Source: an uncultured archaeon (GTDB lineage Archaea > Asgardarchaeota > Jordiarchaeia > Jordiarchaeales > Jordiarchaeaceae). From it: a stretch of DNA of 32,000 nucleotides. The DNA is taken from the NCBI GenBank assembly GCA_964510585.1, contig CAZECW010000212.1, positions 1 through 32,000 of the forward strand, given 5' to 3'. A program made the translations under genes and the position numbers. Below, piece after piece: positions 1 to 9,172 of the stretch. How positions within the stretch are numbered: the stretch's first letter is position 1; every line of letters starts with the position of its first letter. The notes under the pieces are model-generated. The model ran no database searches. It was not told the DNA's origin and was given only the letters and a program-made list of their open reading frames with translations.

Positions 1-2
1 TT

Positions 3-1061
3 CTAGGGGAGGGTAATGACCAAATAACACTAAGTCTGAGGGGGCCGGAGGATAAGAAGCCTCCAAAAACATTCTTACCCGCAGGGATTGTAACCAGCAA
101 CATAGAGCTCTACAAGGCGTACGTGCTTTCTGCAGCGATGGAGCCGACTGCGGATGGGTTAGTGGCGCTGCCTTTGATGGGTATAGGTGACCTTAAGCCC
201 ACGACTGGGACGCCTAGCGAAACTCTTCTAGGCTTGACTGAAGGGTTCATAATGAGGGAGGCTGCAATACGTGTTGGTAGACCAGGCATGTACCTAGGCA
301 TCCCTATGAGCGTTTCAAGTGCAAAGGCGGTGATGGGCTCATTCCACCCAGCGGGCTACACAAGGTACAATTGCATGTGCCCTGTACACATAATACAAGA
401 CATGAGAATCGACTATGACAGACTCAATCTAAGCTTCTTCGCCCAGCAAAACCACATCAAACCCTGGATCAGCAGCTGCCCCACTATGTATGCTTATATA
501 AGAGGACCTGAAGAAGCTGCGGTTGAGGGTATCGCCCACGTCCTTGGTATGATGGCTTATTCTGGGGGCTCGTTCGCGCAAGCCATGAGCGCCACAGTTG
601 AGGGTCGATATGAGGGAAGGGACGTCTTCTGGGCCAACTCAGCACAGGCTGCTGCAGCGGAGAGAAAAATACGGATTCCCTGGATTAGCTACGGAAGTGG
701 AGTAACTGGGCAGCTAGGCACCGAAGTTTCATTCTACTCCATAGCAGCAACAGTCATAACGAACACCATATCTGGCATGGAGGGAATGTGGCTAACGGGA
801 GCTGTGCCAGGAATCGAGGGAAGATGGGGTGGAGAAGTAGCAAGAGCCGCTTCTGGAATAAAGGTGAGCGACGGAGTCGAAATAGTAAAAGAACTCCTTA
901 AAAGGTATGAGGACAAAGCAAAAGTTGGAATGCCGAGTGAAGACCACATACTCAAACGCTACGACATGAAGACTCTAAAACCCAATAAGGAATACATCGA
1001 ACTCTACTCAAAAATGAAGAAAGAACTGCAAGACATGGGCCTAAACTACGAAGCTTGGTAA
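3..1061 (+). CDS. mtmB: Monomethylamine:corrinoid methyltransferase MtmB family protein, non-pyrrolysine homolog (5' truncated by the window edge)
   Basis: Frame is open from base 3 (LGEGNDQITLSLRGPEDKKPP...), upstream of the called start at 123. Recognisable MtmB segments: VGRPGM, EGRWGGEVARAASGIK, YDMKTLKPNKEYIELY, and C-terminal LQDMGL. Confidence 0.85.
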   Translation, partial: LGEGNDQITLSLRGPEDKKPPKTFLPAGIVTSNIELYKAYVLSAAMEPTADGLVALPLMGIGDLKPTTGTPSETLLGLTEGFIMREAAIRVGRPGMYLGIPMSVSSAKAVMGSFHPAGYTRYNCMCPVHIIQDMRIDYDRLNLSFFAQQNHIKPWISSCPTMYAYIRGPEEAAVEGIAHVLGMMAYSGGSFAQAMSATVEGRYEGRDVFWANSAQAAAAERKIRIPWISYGSGVTGQLGTEVSFYSIAATVITNTISGMEGMWLTGAVPGIEGRWGGEVARAASGIKVSDGVEIVKELLKRYEDKAKVGMPSEDHILKRYDMKTLKPNKEYIELYSKMKKELQDMGLNYEAW

Positions 1062-1087
1062 AAGAGAAGACCACACTCATTCCTCCA

Positions 1088-1094
1088 TTTTTTT
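1088..1094 (+). terminator. Oligo-T archaeal terminator candidate after mtmB
   Basis: T7 tract 27 nt after the stop codon, in a pyrimidine-rich context (cattcctccattttttt). Confidence 0.5.
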
Positions 1095-1392
1095 GTGGCC
1101 TCTTTATGCCCTTCACACTTTCCCTTTGTTATTGTTTCCTCTGATTGGAAATGCAAATATTATGGAGTCTCCCACTTCGCCTAGGTTCCTAGACGTTTAA
1201 GCGTTGTCTCTGATTTTTCTTCCCCTTAACTGCCATTTTAGCTTTTTTGATTATTCAACTGTTTAAACTTCTGCCCGTAATATTGAACTCTAAACTCTTT
1301 TGCTTACATCTCCTTCCGCGTTTGTAACTGTTAATCGCACTGTGGAGATGCTTCGACCGATAAAAATAGGTGTGAGATGCGATAATAAGAGA

Positions 1393-1399
1393 TTTATAT
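1393..1399 (+). promoter_or_regulatory. TATA box candidate for the FAD-oxidoreductase operon
   Basis: TTTATAT preceded by purine-rich aataagaga (BRE-like), about 90 nt upstream of the probable GTG start at 1487. Confidence 0.4.
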
Positions 1400-1438
1400 C
1401 AGATTTTACAATTAGAATTTTAATTTGCAGCTTAGCAA

Positions 1439-2971
1439 TTGTTTGATTTAATTCATTATAATAAATGGTGGTTGGAGAGTTTTAGTGTGGTTGGAAGCCG
1501 GTTTTTCGATGGGTTGGTTGAGATTGTTGGTCGGAGTAATGTTTCCCGAGAACCCGGAGTGTTAGAGGAGTATTCTAGGGATATCAGCTTCACTGTTTCT
1601 AAAAAGGCGTTGTGCGTGGTTTGGCCTAGGAGTGTTGATGAGGTTAGCAGAATAGTTAGGCTTGCGGCTGAGTACTCATTTAAACTTGTGCCTGTGAGTT
1701 CAGGTAAGCCTAGGCTGCGGGGGGACACTACTCCCATAGTGGACAATTCTGTTATTGTTGATTTGAGTAAAATGAACAGGATTATTAGAATTGATAGAAA
1801 GAATAGGGTAGTTATGGTTGAGCCCGGGGTAACATTTAGCCAGCTTTTGCCGGAAGCGAATAAGCATGGTCTTAGATTGTTGATGCCTCTTCTTCCAAAG
1901 GCCTCGAAATCGGTTCTTGCCAGCTGTCTTGAGAGGGAGCCAGTGACTATGCCTAAATATCACTGGGACTCCTCTGACCCACTGCTCTGTACCGAGGTGG
2001 TCTTTGGCACTGGCGATGTTTTCAGGACTGGTGCTGCTGCAGGTCCCGGAACTCTTGAGGAGCAGTTGGAGTCTGGTGGGGCTCAGAAAAGTCCCTTGGG
2101 CCCAACACAGTTTGATCCCTTTAGAATTTTGCAGGGAGCGCAGGGTACGATGGGCATTGTAACTTGGGCTACTGTTAAGTGTGAGGTTCTGCCTAGTGCT
2201 AGGAAGCTTTTCTTTGCCGCTTCGGATTTGCTTGAGAACTTCTTGGATTTTGCTTATGGTGTTCTGAGGCGTAGGTTGGGTGACGAGTTTTTCATCCTAA
2301 ACAATGTGAATCTGGCCACTGTTCTGAGGAAGGAGGCTTCTGATATTCATTCACTTAGTGGTGTTTTGCCTAAATGGATTTTAGTTCTCTGTATTTCGGG
2401 CCATGGGAAGCTGGCTCAAGACGAATTGGAATACCTGGAAGGAGACATCAGAGATATTGCTGGTGAGACTGGTGTTAATCTGTTGTCTGAGGTTAATGGA
2501 GTCTCAAATGGTGAAGTCTTGGGCTTACTTGGTAGGAGCTGTGAGGAGCCCTACTGGAAGCTGCGGTTAAGGGGAGGATGCCAGGAAGTGTTTTTCCTCA
2601 CAACCCTTGACAAAACTCCTGAGTTTCACAAAATGTTTACCCGAATAGCTGATGAAGAAAGGTTTCCGCCCGAGAATTTGGGCGTGTATATTCAGCCTCT
2701 TGTTCAGGGTTGCAACTGCCACTGCGAGTTTGACATTTACTACAACCCGCAGGACACAATGGAAACCAATAGGGCTAAATACTTATACATGAGAACAAGT
2801 GAAGCCCTTCTAAAAATGGGAGCCTTCTTCAGCAGACCGTACGGACCATTCACCGAAGTTGTTTACAGAAATTGTCCACCGGAAACCGTTGCAGCTCTGA
2901 GGAAGGTTAAATCAATTTTTGATCCAGAAAACCTGCTAAACCCGGGAAAACTATGTTTTGGAGGAGTGTGA
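1439..2971 (+). CDS. FAD-binding oxidoreductase (PCMH-type FAD domain; VAO/GlcD superfamily), subunit 1; true start probably GTG 1487
   Basis: VVWPRSVDEVSRIVRLA, LVPVSSG, IVDLSKMNRIIRID, VMVEPGVTF, EVVFGTGDVFRTG, and C-terminal LRKVKSIFDPENLLNPGK. Confidence 0.9.
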   Translation: MFDLIHYNKWWLESFSVVGSRFFDGLVEIVGRSNVSREPGVLEEYSRDISFTVSKKALCVVWPRSVDEVSRIVRLAAEYSFKLVPVSSGKPRLRGDTTPIVDNSVIVDLSKMNRIIRIDRKNRVVMVEPGVTFSQLLPEANKHGLRLLMPLLPKASKSVLASCLEREPVTMPKYHWDSSDPLLCTEVVFGTGDVFRTGAAAGPGTLEEQLESGGAQKSPLGPTQFDPFRILQGAQGTMGIVTWATVKCEVLPSARKLFFAASDLLENFLDFAYGVLRRRLGDEFFILNNVNLATVLRKEASDIHSLSGVLPKWILVLCISGHGKLAQDELEYLEGDIRDIAGETGVNLLSEVNGVSNGEVLGLLGRSCEEPYWKLRLRGGCQEVFFLTTLDKTPEFHKMFTRIADEERFPPENLGVYIQPLVQGCNCHCEFDIYYNPQDTMETNRAKYLYMRTSEALLKMGAFFSRPYGPFTEVVYRNCPPETVAALRKVKSIFDPENLLNPGKLCFGGV

Positions 2972-2974
2972 AAA

Positions 2975-4252
2975 ATGGCTACGAGCCTCAGCGACTATGA
3001 GAAATTAATGGCGGGCTGCATCAGGTGTTCAAACTGCAAGTTCATCCCCGCATTACAGGTGAAAAGCCAGAAGTTTTCAGCCATCTGTCCAGCCATTGAG
3101 CGATACAATTTCCACGCCTACTCAGGCGGAGGAAAAATGATTATTGCCCAAGCTATGCTCAAAAACAGAATCCAATACACCGAAGAACTCCTGAAGGTGA
3201 TTTACCGATGCACAGCCTGTGGGGGATGTGACATAGCCTGCAAATTCTTCTTTGAGTTAGAGCCCCTGGAAGTAATACTGGAGCTAAGAAACCACTGCGT
3301 AGAGAGCGGTGCTGGTCCCATGCCCCAGCACAAAAAGTACATCGAAAGCATTAAAATTAACCACAACCCATATGGCGAAAACCACGAGGAGAGACTTTCC
3401 TGGCTTCCAAAAAACACTACTTTTAAGGAGGATTCCGATACTGCCTACTTTGTGGGATGTACAACCTCCTACCGCAGAAGGGAGATAGCTCAAGCCACCG
3501 CAAAAATTTTTGACATGGTAGACCTAGACTTCACCATACTTGGTCCCGAAGAGTTCTGCTGTGGCAGTCCCCTATTAAGAATTGGTGACAGGAGAGACGC
3601 CCTTGAACTCATGCAAAAAAACGTTGAAAAACTCAAAAACCATGGAATAAAGAGAATCGTAACAAGCTGCGCCGGCTGCTACAGCATGTTCAAGGTGGAG
3701 TACCCCCGCTACCTTAAAACAGACTTCCAAGTCATTCACACCTCAGAGCTACTAGACAACATGCTGAAGAATGGCAAACTGGAGCTAGATAAAGAGGTTC
3801 CCCTAAAGGTGACTTACCATGACCCCTGCCACCTGGGAAGAAACTCTGAACCCTACACACCCTGGCAGGGACAAATGGTGAAAGTTGTTTCACGAGTCTA
3901 CATTCCAGTCCCCCCAAAGGCTATCAGGCGTGGAACAAACGGCGTCTACGAGCCTCCCCGAAACGTTTTGAGAAGCATTCCAGGCCTACAACTCATCGAA
4001 ATGGAGAGAATAAAAGAATACGCCTACTGCTGTGGAGCCGGAGGAGGTGTGAAATCCGCATTCCCAGATTTCGCACTCTGGACTGCAAGCAAAAGGGTTG
4101 AGGAGGCCAAATCCACGGGAGCGGAGGCCCTAGTTTCCTGCTGCCCATTCTGCGCCACGAACCTTAAGGACGCTATCAGAGAGAAGGGTGAAAAGATGAA
4201 ATTTTATGATTTAACTGAACTCGTTCTAAAAAGTATGGGAGGAAGCACATAA
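2975..4252 (+). CDS. (Fe-S)-binding protein, HdrD/GlcF-like: N-terminal ferredoxin-type Cys motifs plus two CCG domains
   Basis: CIRCSNC...CP and CTACGGCDIAC, then YFVGC, FCCGSP, TSCAGC, TYHDPCHLGR, YCCGAGGG, VSCCPFC. Starts 3 nt after the upstream stop. Confidence 0.92.
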   Translation: MATSLSDYEKLMAGCIRCSNCKFIPALQVKSQKFSAICPAIERYNFHAYSGGGKMIIAQAMLKNRIQYTEELLKVIYRCTACGGCDIACKFFFELEPLEVILELRNHCVESGAGPMPQHKKYIESIKINHNPYGENHEERLSWLPKNTTFKEDSDTAYFVGCTTSYRRREIAQATAKIFDMVDLDFTILGPEEFCCGSPLLRIGDRRDALELMQKNVEKLKNHGIKRIVTSCAGCYSMFKVEYPRYLKTDFQVIHTSELLDNMLKNGKLELDKEVPLKVTYHDPCHLGRNSEPYTPWQGQMVKVVSRVYIPVPPKAIRRGTNGVYEPPRNVLRSIPGLQLIEMERIKEYAYCCGAGGGVKSAFPDFALWTASKRVEEAKSTGAEALVSCCPFCATNLKDAIREKGEKMKFYDLTELVLKSMGGST

Positions 4253-5821
4253 ATGTTGGATAGAGAAGTTTACAGAGCTCTGGAAAAAATTGTGGGAAGC
4301 GAAAACATAACTGAGGAGCCAGCAATACTTGACACTTACGCCTACCAATGGTGCACCGAGGTCGAAAAGGCATCAAGAGGAGAGGAACCATCACGGTTCG
4401 GCCACAGGCCAGAAGCAGTGGTACTACCCTGCTGCACAAGCGAGGTCCAGGCAATAGTGAAAATCTGCAACCAGTATGGCATCCGCTTCAAAGCTCACAG
4501 CACTGGTTTGGGAGTGTGGGGAGCTGTATCCGGCCCCGGAACAATACAGCTGGACCTCAGGAGAATGAACAAGATCCTCGAGATAAATGAGAAGAACATG
4601 TATGCGGTAATTGAACCCTACGTGACCAACGCTCAGCTCCAATCTGAACTCATAAAGAGGGGATTAAACCACCACATGCAGGGAGCAGGCCCCCAAACTT
4701 CACCCCTAGCCAGCCACACCTCCATGGTCGGACCAGGCTTCACATCTGCCAGCACCGGTTTCAGCGGCCGCAACGTTCTGGCAGTAGAGTGGGTTCTACC
4801 AACGGGCGAAATTCTAAGACTAGGATCACTTAACTGCAGCGAAGAATGGTTCAGTGGAGACGGACCGGGGCCCAGCCTCAGAGGCGTTATGAGAGGCTTT
4901 ATGGGTGCCTATGGTGGACTCGGCGTTTTCACCAAATGTGCAATTAAGCTTTATCCGTGGCCAGGTCCTCGAGAATGGAAGGTGAGCGGAGTCATTCCAA
5001 ACTACGAGTTTGAGGTTCCACCATACTGGAAAATGTTTGTGCTCAACTTTCCTGACTGGGACTCCTTTGAGGAAGCTTACTATCGGATTGGGGAGGCTGA
5101 GGTCAGCATGATGGCTATGGCTTCTTCTCAGGAGGGATTGGCTACAATGTTTTCCAACACTAGGGAGCAGACTATCGAGAAAATTTTGTCGGATCTTATG
5201 ACTAAGGTTCAGAGGTATTTCATAGTTTTGGTAGCCGCTCATACTGAGAGGGAGTTCAAATACAAGACTAAGCTTGTGAATGAGATAGTTAAGGAGACGG
5301 GTGGTGAGGATCTCGTTGAGAAGGGTGTGGTGAAGCCGCCGTCAATTAGCTATGCTGAAGGCGTTAGGAACATGTTGGGGAGCCACGCCTTCCGCTTCAC
5401 AAGCTGCTTCCAAAGCACCCATGGAGGAATGGACACCATATCTATGGCTATAAACATAGCTAAGGTAAATGTGCCCATTAAACGCAAATACATAGAGAAA
5501 GAGTTAATCGGCGACGACAGAGGAGAGGGCATGTGGATTACTTTCTACGAGCAGGGACACTTTGCACACATGGAGATACCAACAATATATGACCCCGCCG
5601 ACCCTGAATCCTGTAAGGGATACGCAGACTACTCCATGGAGTGTAACAAGGCAGACATAGAGCACAGCTTGGGGATTCCTTTCTTCATAGTGGGAGACAG
5701 GATGCACGACATGTTCGGTCCCCACTGCTGTAACTATCAGAACTGGCTTCGCAAAATAAAGGAGGCATTCGACCCTAACTGCGTTTCAGACCCGGGACAC
5801 TACATATCCCCAAAAAAGTGA
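4253..5821 (+). CDS. FAD-binding oxidoreductase (PCMH-type FAD domain), subunit 2
   Basis: RPEAVVLPCCTSEVQAIVKICN, AHSTG, IQLDLRRMNKILEIN, AVIEPYVT, AVEWVLPTGEILRLGS, LRKIKEAFDPN. ATG directly abuts the upstream TAA (taaatg). Confidence 0.9.
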   Translation: MLDREVYRALEKIVGSENITEEPAILDTYAYQWCTEVEKASRGEEPSRFGHRPEAVVLPCCTSEVQAIVKICNQYGIRFKAHSTGLGVWGAVSGPGTIQLDLRRMNKILEINEKNMYAVIEPYVTNAQLQSELIKRGLNHHMQGAGPQTSPLASHTSMVGPGFTSASTGFSGRNVLAVEWVLPTGEILRLGSLNCSEEWFSGDGPGPSLRGVMRGFMGAYGGLGVFTKCAIKLYPWPGPREWKVSGVIPNYEFEVPPYWKMFVLNFPDWDSFEEAYYRIGEAEVSMMAMASSQEGLATMFSNTREQTIEKILSDLMTKVQRYFIVLVAAHTEREFKYKTKLVNEIVKETGGEDLVEKGVVKPPSISYAEGVRNMLGSHAFRFTSCFQSTHGGMDTISMAINIAKVNVPIKRKYIEKELIGDDRGEGMWITFYEQGHFAHMEIPTIYDPADPESCKGYADYSMECNKADIEHSLGIPFFIVGDRMHDMFGPHCCNYQNWLRKIKEAFDPNCVSDPGHYISPKK

Positions 5822-5887
5822 ACACACACTGTGATAATTAGAGGACGCACATTGGTGGTAGGGTTACTCCCTTAGAGTTAAAATTGG

Positions 5888-6670
5888 TTGTTTGAGGATG
5901 ACCTTGAGATGAAGGAGGAAACCCGTAGGGAGGTTAAACAGGCCATCATAGAATTTGCAGAGGCAAGTCTGAGTAGGGTTGAATTCACGGTTGAGGAGCT
6001 TAAAAGAGCTTTTCCATTTCACACTATATTCTTTCCCGATGAGGCTTTGCTGTCATTCAAGATACAGAGAAGTTTGGTAACGAGGATGGGTATGCGTCTT
6101 TATCCAGAAATAGCAGTAATAATTGCTAGGGATAATTTTGGTGGTGTGCACCGTAATTATCCGATTTCTGGCAGAATATTGGCGGATAGGGTGGGTGTGA
6201 TGGATCGGATTATAGATGAGTTGCGTTCTGGTAGGAGGAGCCCTAACCATGATGGCGAAATAAGAGAAATTTTCTCTGTGGCTGGTGGGAAACCGGTAGA
6301 AATATCCATTATTGCTGATTTATTTATAAGTGATTTTAGGCCGGGTCCGCTTTTCCTTGAAATTAAAAGTCCTAGGCCTAACTTGGATGTTTGCGCGGAG
6401 TCTAAGAAGAAGATGCTTTACTTCCAAGCATTATTTGAGGGTAAGAAGCCTGAGGCCTATCTTGCTTTTCCCTACAACCCTTTTGTTTACAGGGAAAAAT
6501 ACAATCATCGGTTCACCAAGCAAATCATGGATTTAGACAGGGAGGTCTTAATAGGAGAGGAAATGTGGGATAAGATTGGTGGTGCTGGAACCTACAAAGA
6601 ATTGTTGGAAATAGCTGATGAGGCGAAAAAGGAGATTTTGGGAAAGAATAAAAGGAATTTTGGCGATTAA
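5888..6670 (+). CDS. Type II restriction endonuclease, TdeIII/MjaII family (PD-(D/E)XK)
   Basis: IADLFIS...FLEIKSPRPN catalytic-like motif, AFPYNPF and IGEEMWDKIGG...YKELLEI segments typical of the family; adjacent to a DNA methyltransferase. Confidence 0.8.
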   Translation: MFEDDLEMKEETRREVKQAIIEFAEASLSRVEFTVEELKRAFPFHTIFFPDEALLSFKIQRSLVTRMGMRLYPEIAVIIARDNFGGVHRNYPISGRILADRVGVMDRIIDELRSGRRSPNHDGEIREIFSVAGGKPVEISIIADLFISDFRPGPLFLEIKSPRPNLDVCAESKKKMLYFQALFEGKKPEAYLAFPYNPFVYREKYNHRFTKQIMDLDREVLIGEEMWDKIGGAGTYKELLEIADEAKKEILGKNKRNFGD

Positions 6671-6683
6671 ATGTTTGGTTCTT

Positions 6684-7958
6684 TTATTCTACCTCATTAA
6701 TTTTCTTAAAGATTAGTATGTATTCATATCTCAGTCTAGCGTAACCGCCGAGGATGGGTCTTCTTATTATTTTGTCTAGGGTGAATCCAGCATTTTGGGC
6801 GAATTCTATGTACTTCCGGTGGATGGGGAGTTTCTTTTCTTTATAGGTGACGTCACCAATTATAGTTATACAGTACCTGTTGGGTTGTAAAACTTTGTTC
6901 ATCTCTTTAAAGGAATCTATCATGTCTTTATAGTAGTTATCTATTCTTTCGTCACCTTTTCCCCTTAGACCCACCATGTCTTTTACTAGGGCATCTGCGT
7001 TAATGTTCAAATAAGATAAGGCGTGCAGATCGTTTTTAATGTAGTCCACAGCTATGCTGTATGGTGGTGAGGTGATGATTCCGGCGAAGTACTCCCTAGG
7101 AAAAATTTCACTTAATTTTCTTGCGTCTCCTTCCAAAACTTCCACATTTCCGAGCTGAAAATCCAGTTTTTGCTTCAAGTCTTGGAATTTTTCAACAGTC
7201 TTCAGTATGGCGTCTAGGTTACTGTTGAAGCCCTCCCACAATGGTTTCTTAATGTAGGTATAATCAGATAGGGCATATAAATAGCATAATTGGTAGAATC
7301 GGTAAACCCGGTCATCGGATGTTAGTTTCGACTCATCCTCTAAGTTCTTAACGTATAACTCGAGATTTGAAGTTTTTCCAAGTACTCCTTTCGTTTTTCT
7401 GTTAAAATGGTGGAAAATCTTCTCCCTAGGAACCTCTTTTAGCATTTCAGTTGTGAGATCCAGAAGTTCACATTTTACTCTTGACATCAAAGTACATATT
7501 GGATTAATATCCACACCCCAACTGTCTACGCCTATCGTCTTAGCTTCAATAAGTGTCGTGCCACTACCAACAAAGGGGTCAAGAAGCCTATCTTCTCCCT
7601 TAAGCCCCATCCAGTTAATGAGAGCCTTTACCATCTGGGGATGAAATTTCGCTTTATACGGGTAGAACCAATGTGTTAAATATTGGCTTGTTCTACCAAT
7701 TTGCCCCTTTCCCTTAATATTTGAGATGTAATAGTGAAAAGATTTTTCGCCGTTTACCTCCTCAAAGTAGGCACACCTCCTCCTAAAAGCTTCTAGATCC
7801 CTCCACCAACTGGATAACTCCATCTTTGCAAGCTGAGCCTCATAAATAGAGCCAACATCGTCAAAAAGTTTAACATTTACAGGCTCAGGTATACCATTGA
7901 GAATCCAATCCATTATGGGTTCAGCCATGTACATGGTTGTCTTTTGATCTTCCACCAT
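6684..7958 (-). CDS. DNA methyltransferase, amino type (probably N4-cytosine, alpha motif order), cognate of the adjacent REase
   Basis: HWFYPYKAKFHPQ, SAM-binding LLDPFVGSGTTL, GVDINP, and catalytic IITSPPY located C-terminal to motif I. Confidence 0.9.
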   Translation of the reverse strand: MVEDQKTTMYMAEPIMDWILNGIPEPVNVKLFDDVGSIYEAQLAKMELSSWWRDLEAFRRRCAYFEEVNGEKSFHYYISNIKGKGQIGRTSQYLTHWFYPYKAKFHPQMVKALINWMGLKGEDRLLDPFVGSGTTLIEAKTIGVDSWGVDINPICTLMSRVKCELLDLTTEMLKEVPREKIFHHFNRKTKGVLGKTSNLELYVKNLEDESKLTSDDRVYRFYQLCYLYALSDYTYIKKPLWEGFNSNLDAILKTVEKFQDLKQKLDFQLGNVEVLEGDARKLSEIFPREYFAGIITSPPYSIAVDYIKNDLHALSYLNINADALVKDMVGLRGKGDERIDNYYKDMIDSFKEMNKVLQPNRYCITIIGDVTYKEKKLPIHRKYIEFAQNAGFTLDKIIRRPILGGYARLRYEYILIFKKINEVE

Positions 7959-8299
7959 CCTTAATTACCTCTATTCTCTTCAAAATCCTTCCATTACTGA
8001 TTTCCAAAGGCATTTCCTCTTTTTCAGGCTCTTTTAGGGTAAGTTTGAACAAAACCTACTAAAATATTTAATCGTAAAACTTCCAATTGCACTACCCCTA
8101 TAGAATTTTTAAATCCCACGTTAGATTATTAATTAGTGTCTCATTTTGAGACATTACCTTCCTTTTGATTTTGCGGAGACGAATGAGGAAATTCCCTACC
8201 CTAAAGATTATCCCCACAGGTGTCCTGATAATTCTCCCAGAAACATTCTCGCAGCTTTTCTGGTTAACCTTCCCTATTAAAGCTGCATAATCCCACAAC

Positions 8300-8611
8300 T
8301 TGTCATCATCCCTCTTCTTAACTAGCGTAACAGCTTTTGAACTCACGCTGGGAGCGAATCTCCCGTCAAAACGCGAAAAGAGAATAGTAGAAGTTGAAAG
8401 CCTACTTGATCAACATAACGTTCTTACCTTTACTCTTGAAGGTGCCAAAAAGGCAGCTGAAAAAGGGGCAGAATTAAGAGCTAAAGGTATATCTATAGAA
8501 ATTCGAGACCTCTTCAATGCTTCCATGTGCCTATTAAAGAAGATACCTTTCCTTACGGGGAACAAAGAACATTAGGAGCGAATCAAAGAGCTAATAGTGC
8601 TGACACCCTAA
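8300..8611 (+). pseudogene. vapC: VapC/PIN-domain toxin remnant (N-terminus missing, internal TAG at 8573-8575)
   Basis: TSVTAFELTLGA, AKKAAEKGAELRAKG, IEIRDLFNASMCL and LTGNKEH*ERIKEL match the PIN C-terminal two-thirds. An in-frame TAA at 8288-8290 lies upstream and no clear xDTx N-terminal motif is in frame. Confidence 0.7.
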
Positions 8612-8746
8612 CATGCCCCCCTCAAATTTAAAAAACGGAGCTTTCTTACCAAAACTCAACAAACAACGCTAGATATGGAAAGCATCGAGAAGGTGCAAAT
8701 CAGGAGGATGCGGCTATCATGAAAAATTTTTAATTGGGAAGTAGAA

Positions 8747-9172
8747 TTATTCTTCCAAAATGGCTAATCGTATTACGTCTGAGATTCCGTCGAAACCACT
8801 GTCGAAACTGTATATGGTTTTAATGTTTAGGTCTCTCATTACAGCCACGCTAATGGCGTCGGTGAAACTCAGCCGTTCATAAGTTTTAAATATTTGTATT
8901 CCAGCTTCAAAGTGTTTATTCTCAACTTTTATGAGTGTGAGTTTTGGAGAGGAAAGTATTGTGTCTAGGATTTCGATGGAAGCATTTGTACCCTTCTTTT
9001 TTCTAACAAATGTGACTATTTCGTCAAGAATATAATCGGTGATTACAGGTTTTCCCAAAATACCTTCTTCGACAGCATTGATGATTTCTTTACCTTCTTT
9101 GTGATGTTTTTCTTTAGGGAAAGATGCCGCTATGAACACCGTAGTATCCAAGAAGGGATTTTTAATGTTCAC
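8747..9172 (-). CDS. vapC: VapC PIN-domain ribonuclease toxin
   Basis: FLDTTVFIA, ITDYILDEIVT, SFTDAISVAVM, IYSFDSGFD: all four acidic PIN positions are present. Start overlaps the antitoxin stop by 11 nt. Confidence 0.92.
   Translation of the reverse strand: MNIKNPFLDTTVFIAASFPKEKHHKEGKEIINAVEEGILGKPVITDYILDEIVTFVRKKKGTNASIEILDTILSSPKLTLIKVENKHFEAGIQIFKTYERLSFTDAISVAVMRDLNIKTIYSFDSGFDGISDVIRLAILEE

Noticed and set aside
1178-1195. Hairpin CGCCTAGG-TT-CCTAGACG in the mtmB downstream region
   Set aside because: Single imperfect stem with a 2-nt loop and no supporting context.
8098-8346. 82-aa minus-strand ORF as an intact gene
   Set aside because: No recognisable family or SD, and it overlaps the VapC remnant; kept only as a possible fragment.
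8573-8575. Pyrrolysine readthrough of the VapC TAG, given the MtmB gene nearby
   Set aside because: The MtmB lacks Pyl, no pyl genes are in the window, and the VapC is also missing its N-terminus; simple decay is more likely.
8660-8733. ARYG...EDA peptide reminiscent of a HEPN C-terminus
   Set aside because: Only about 25 codons; too short to support.
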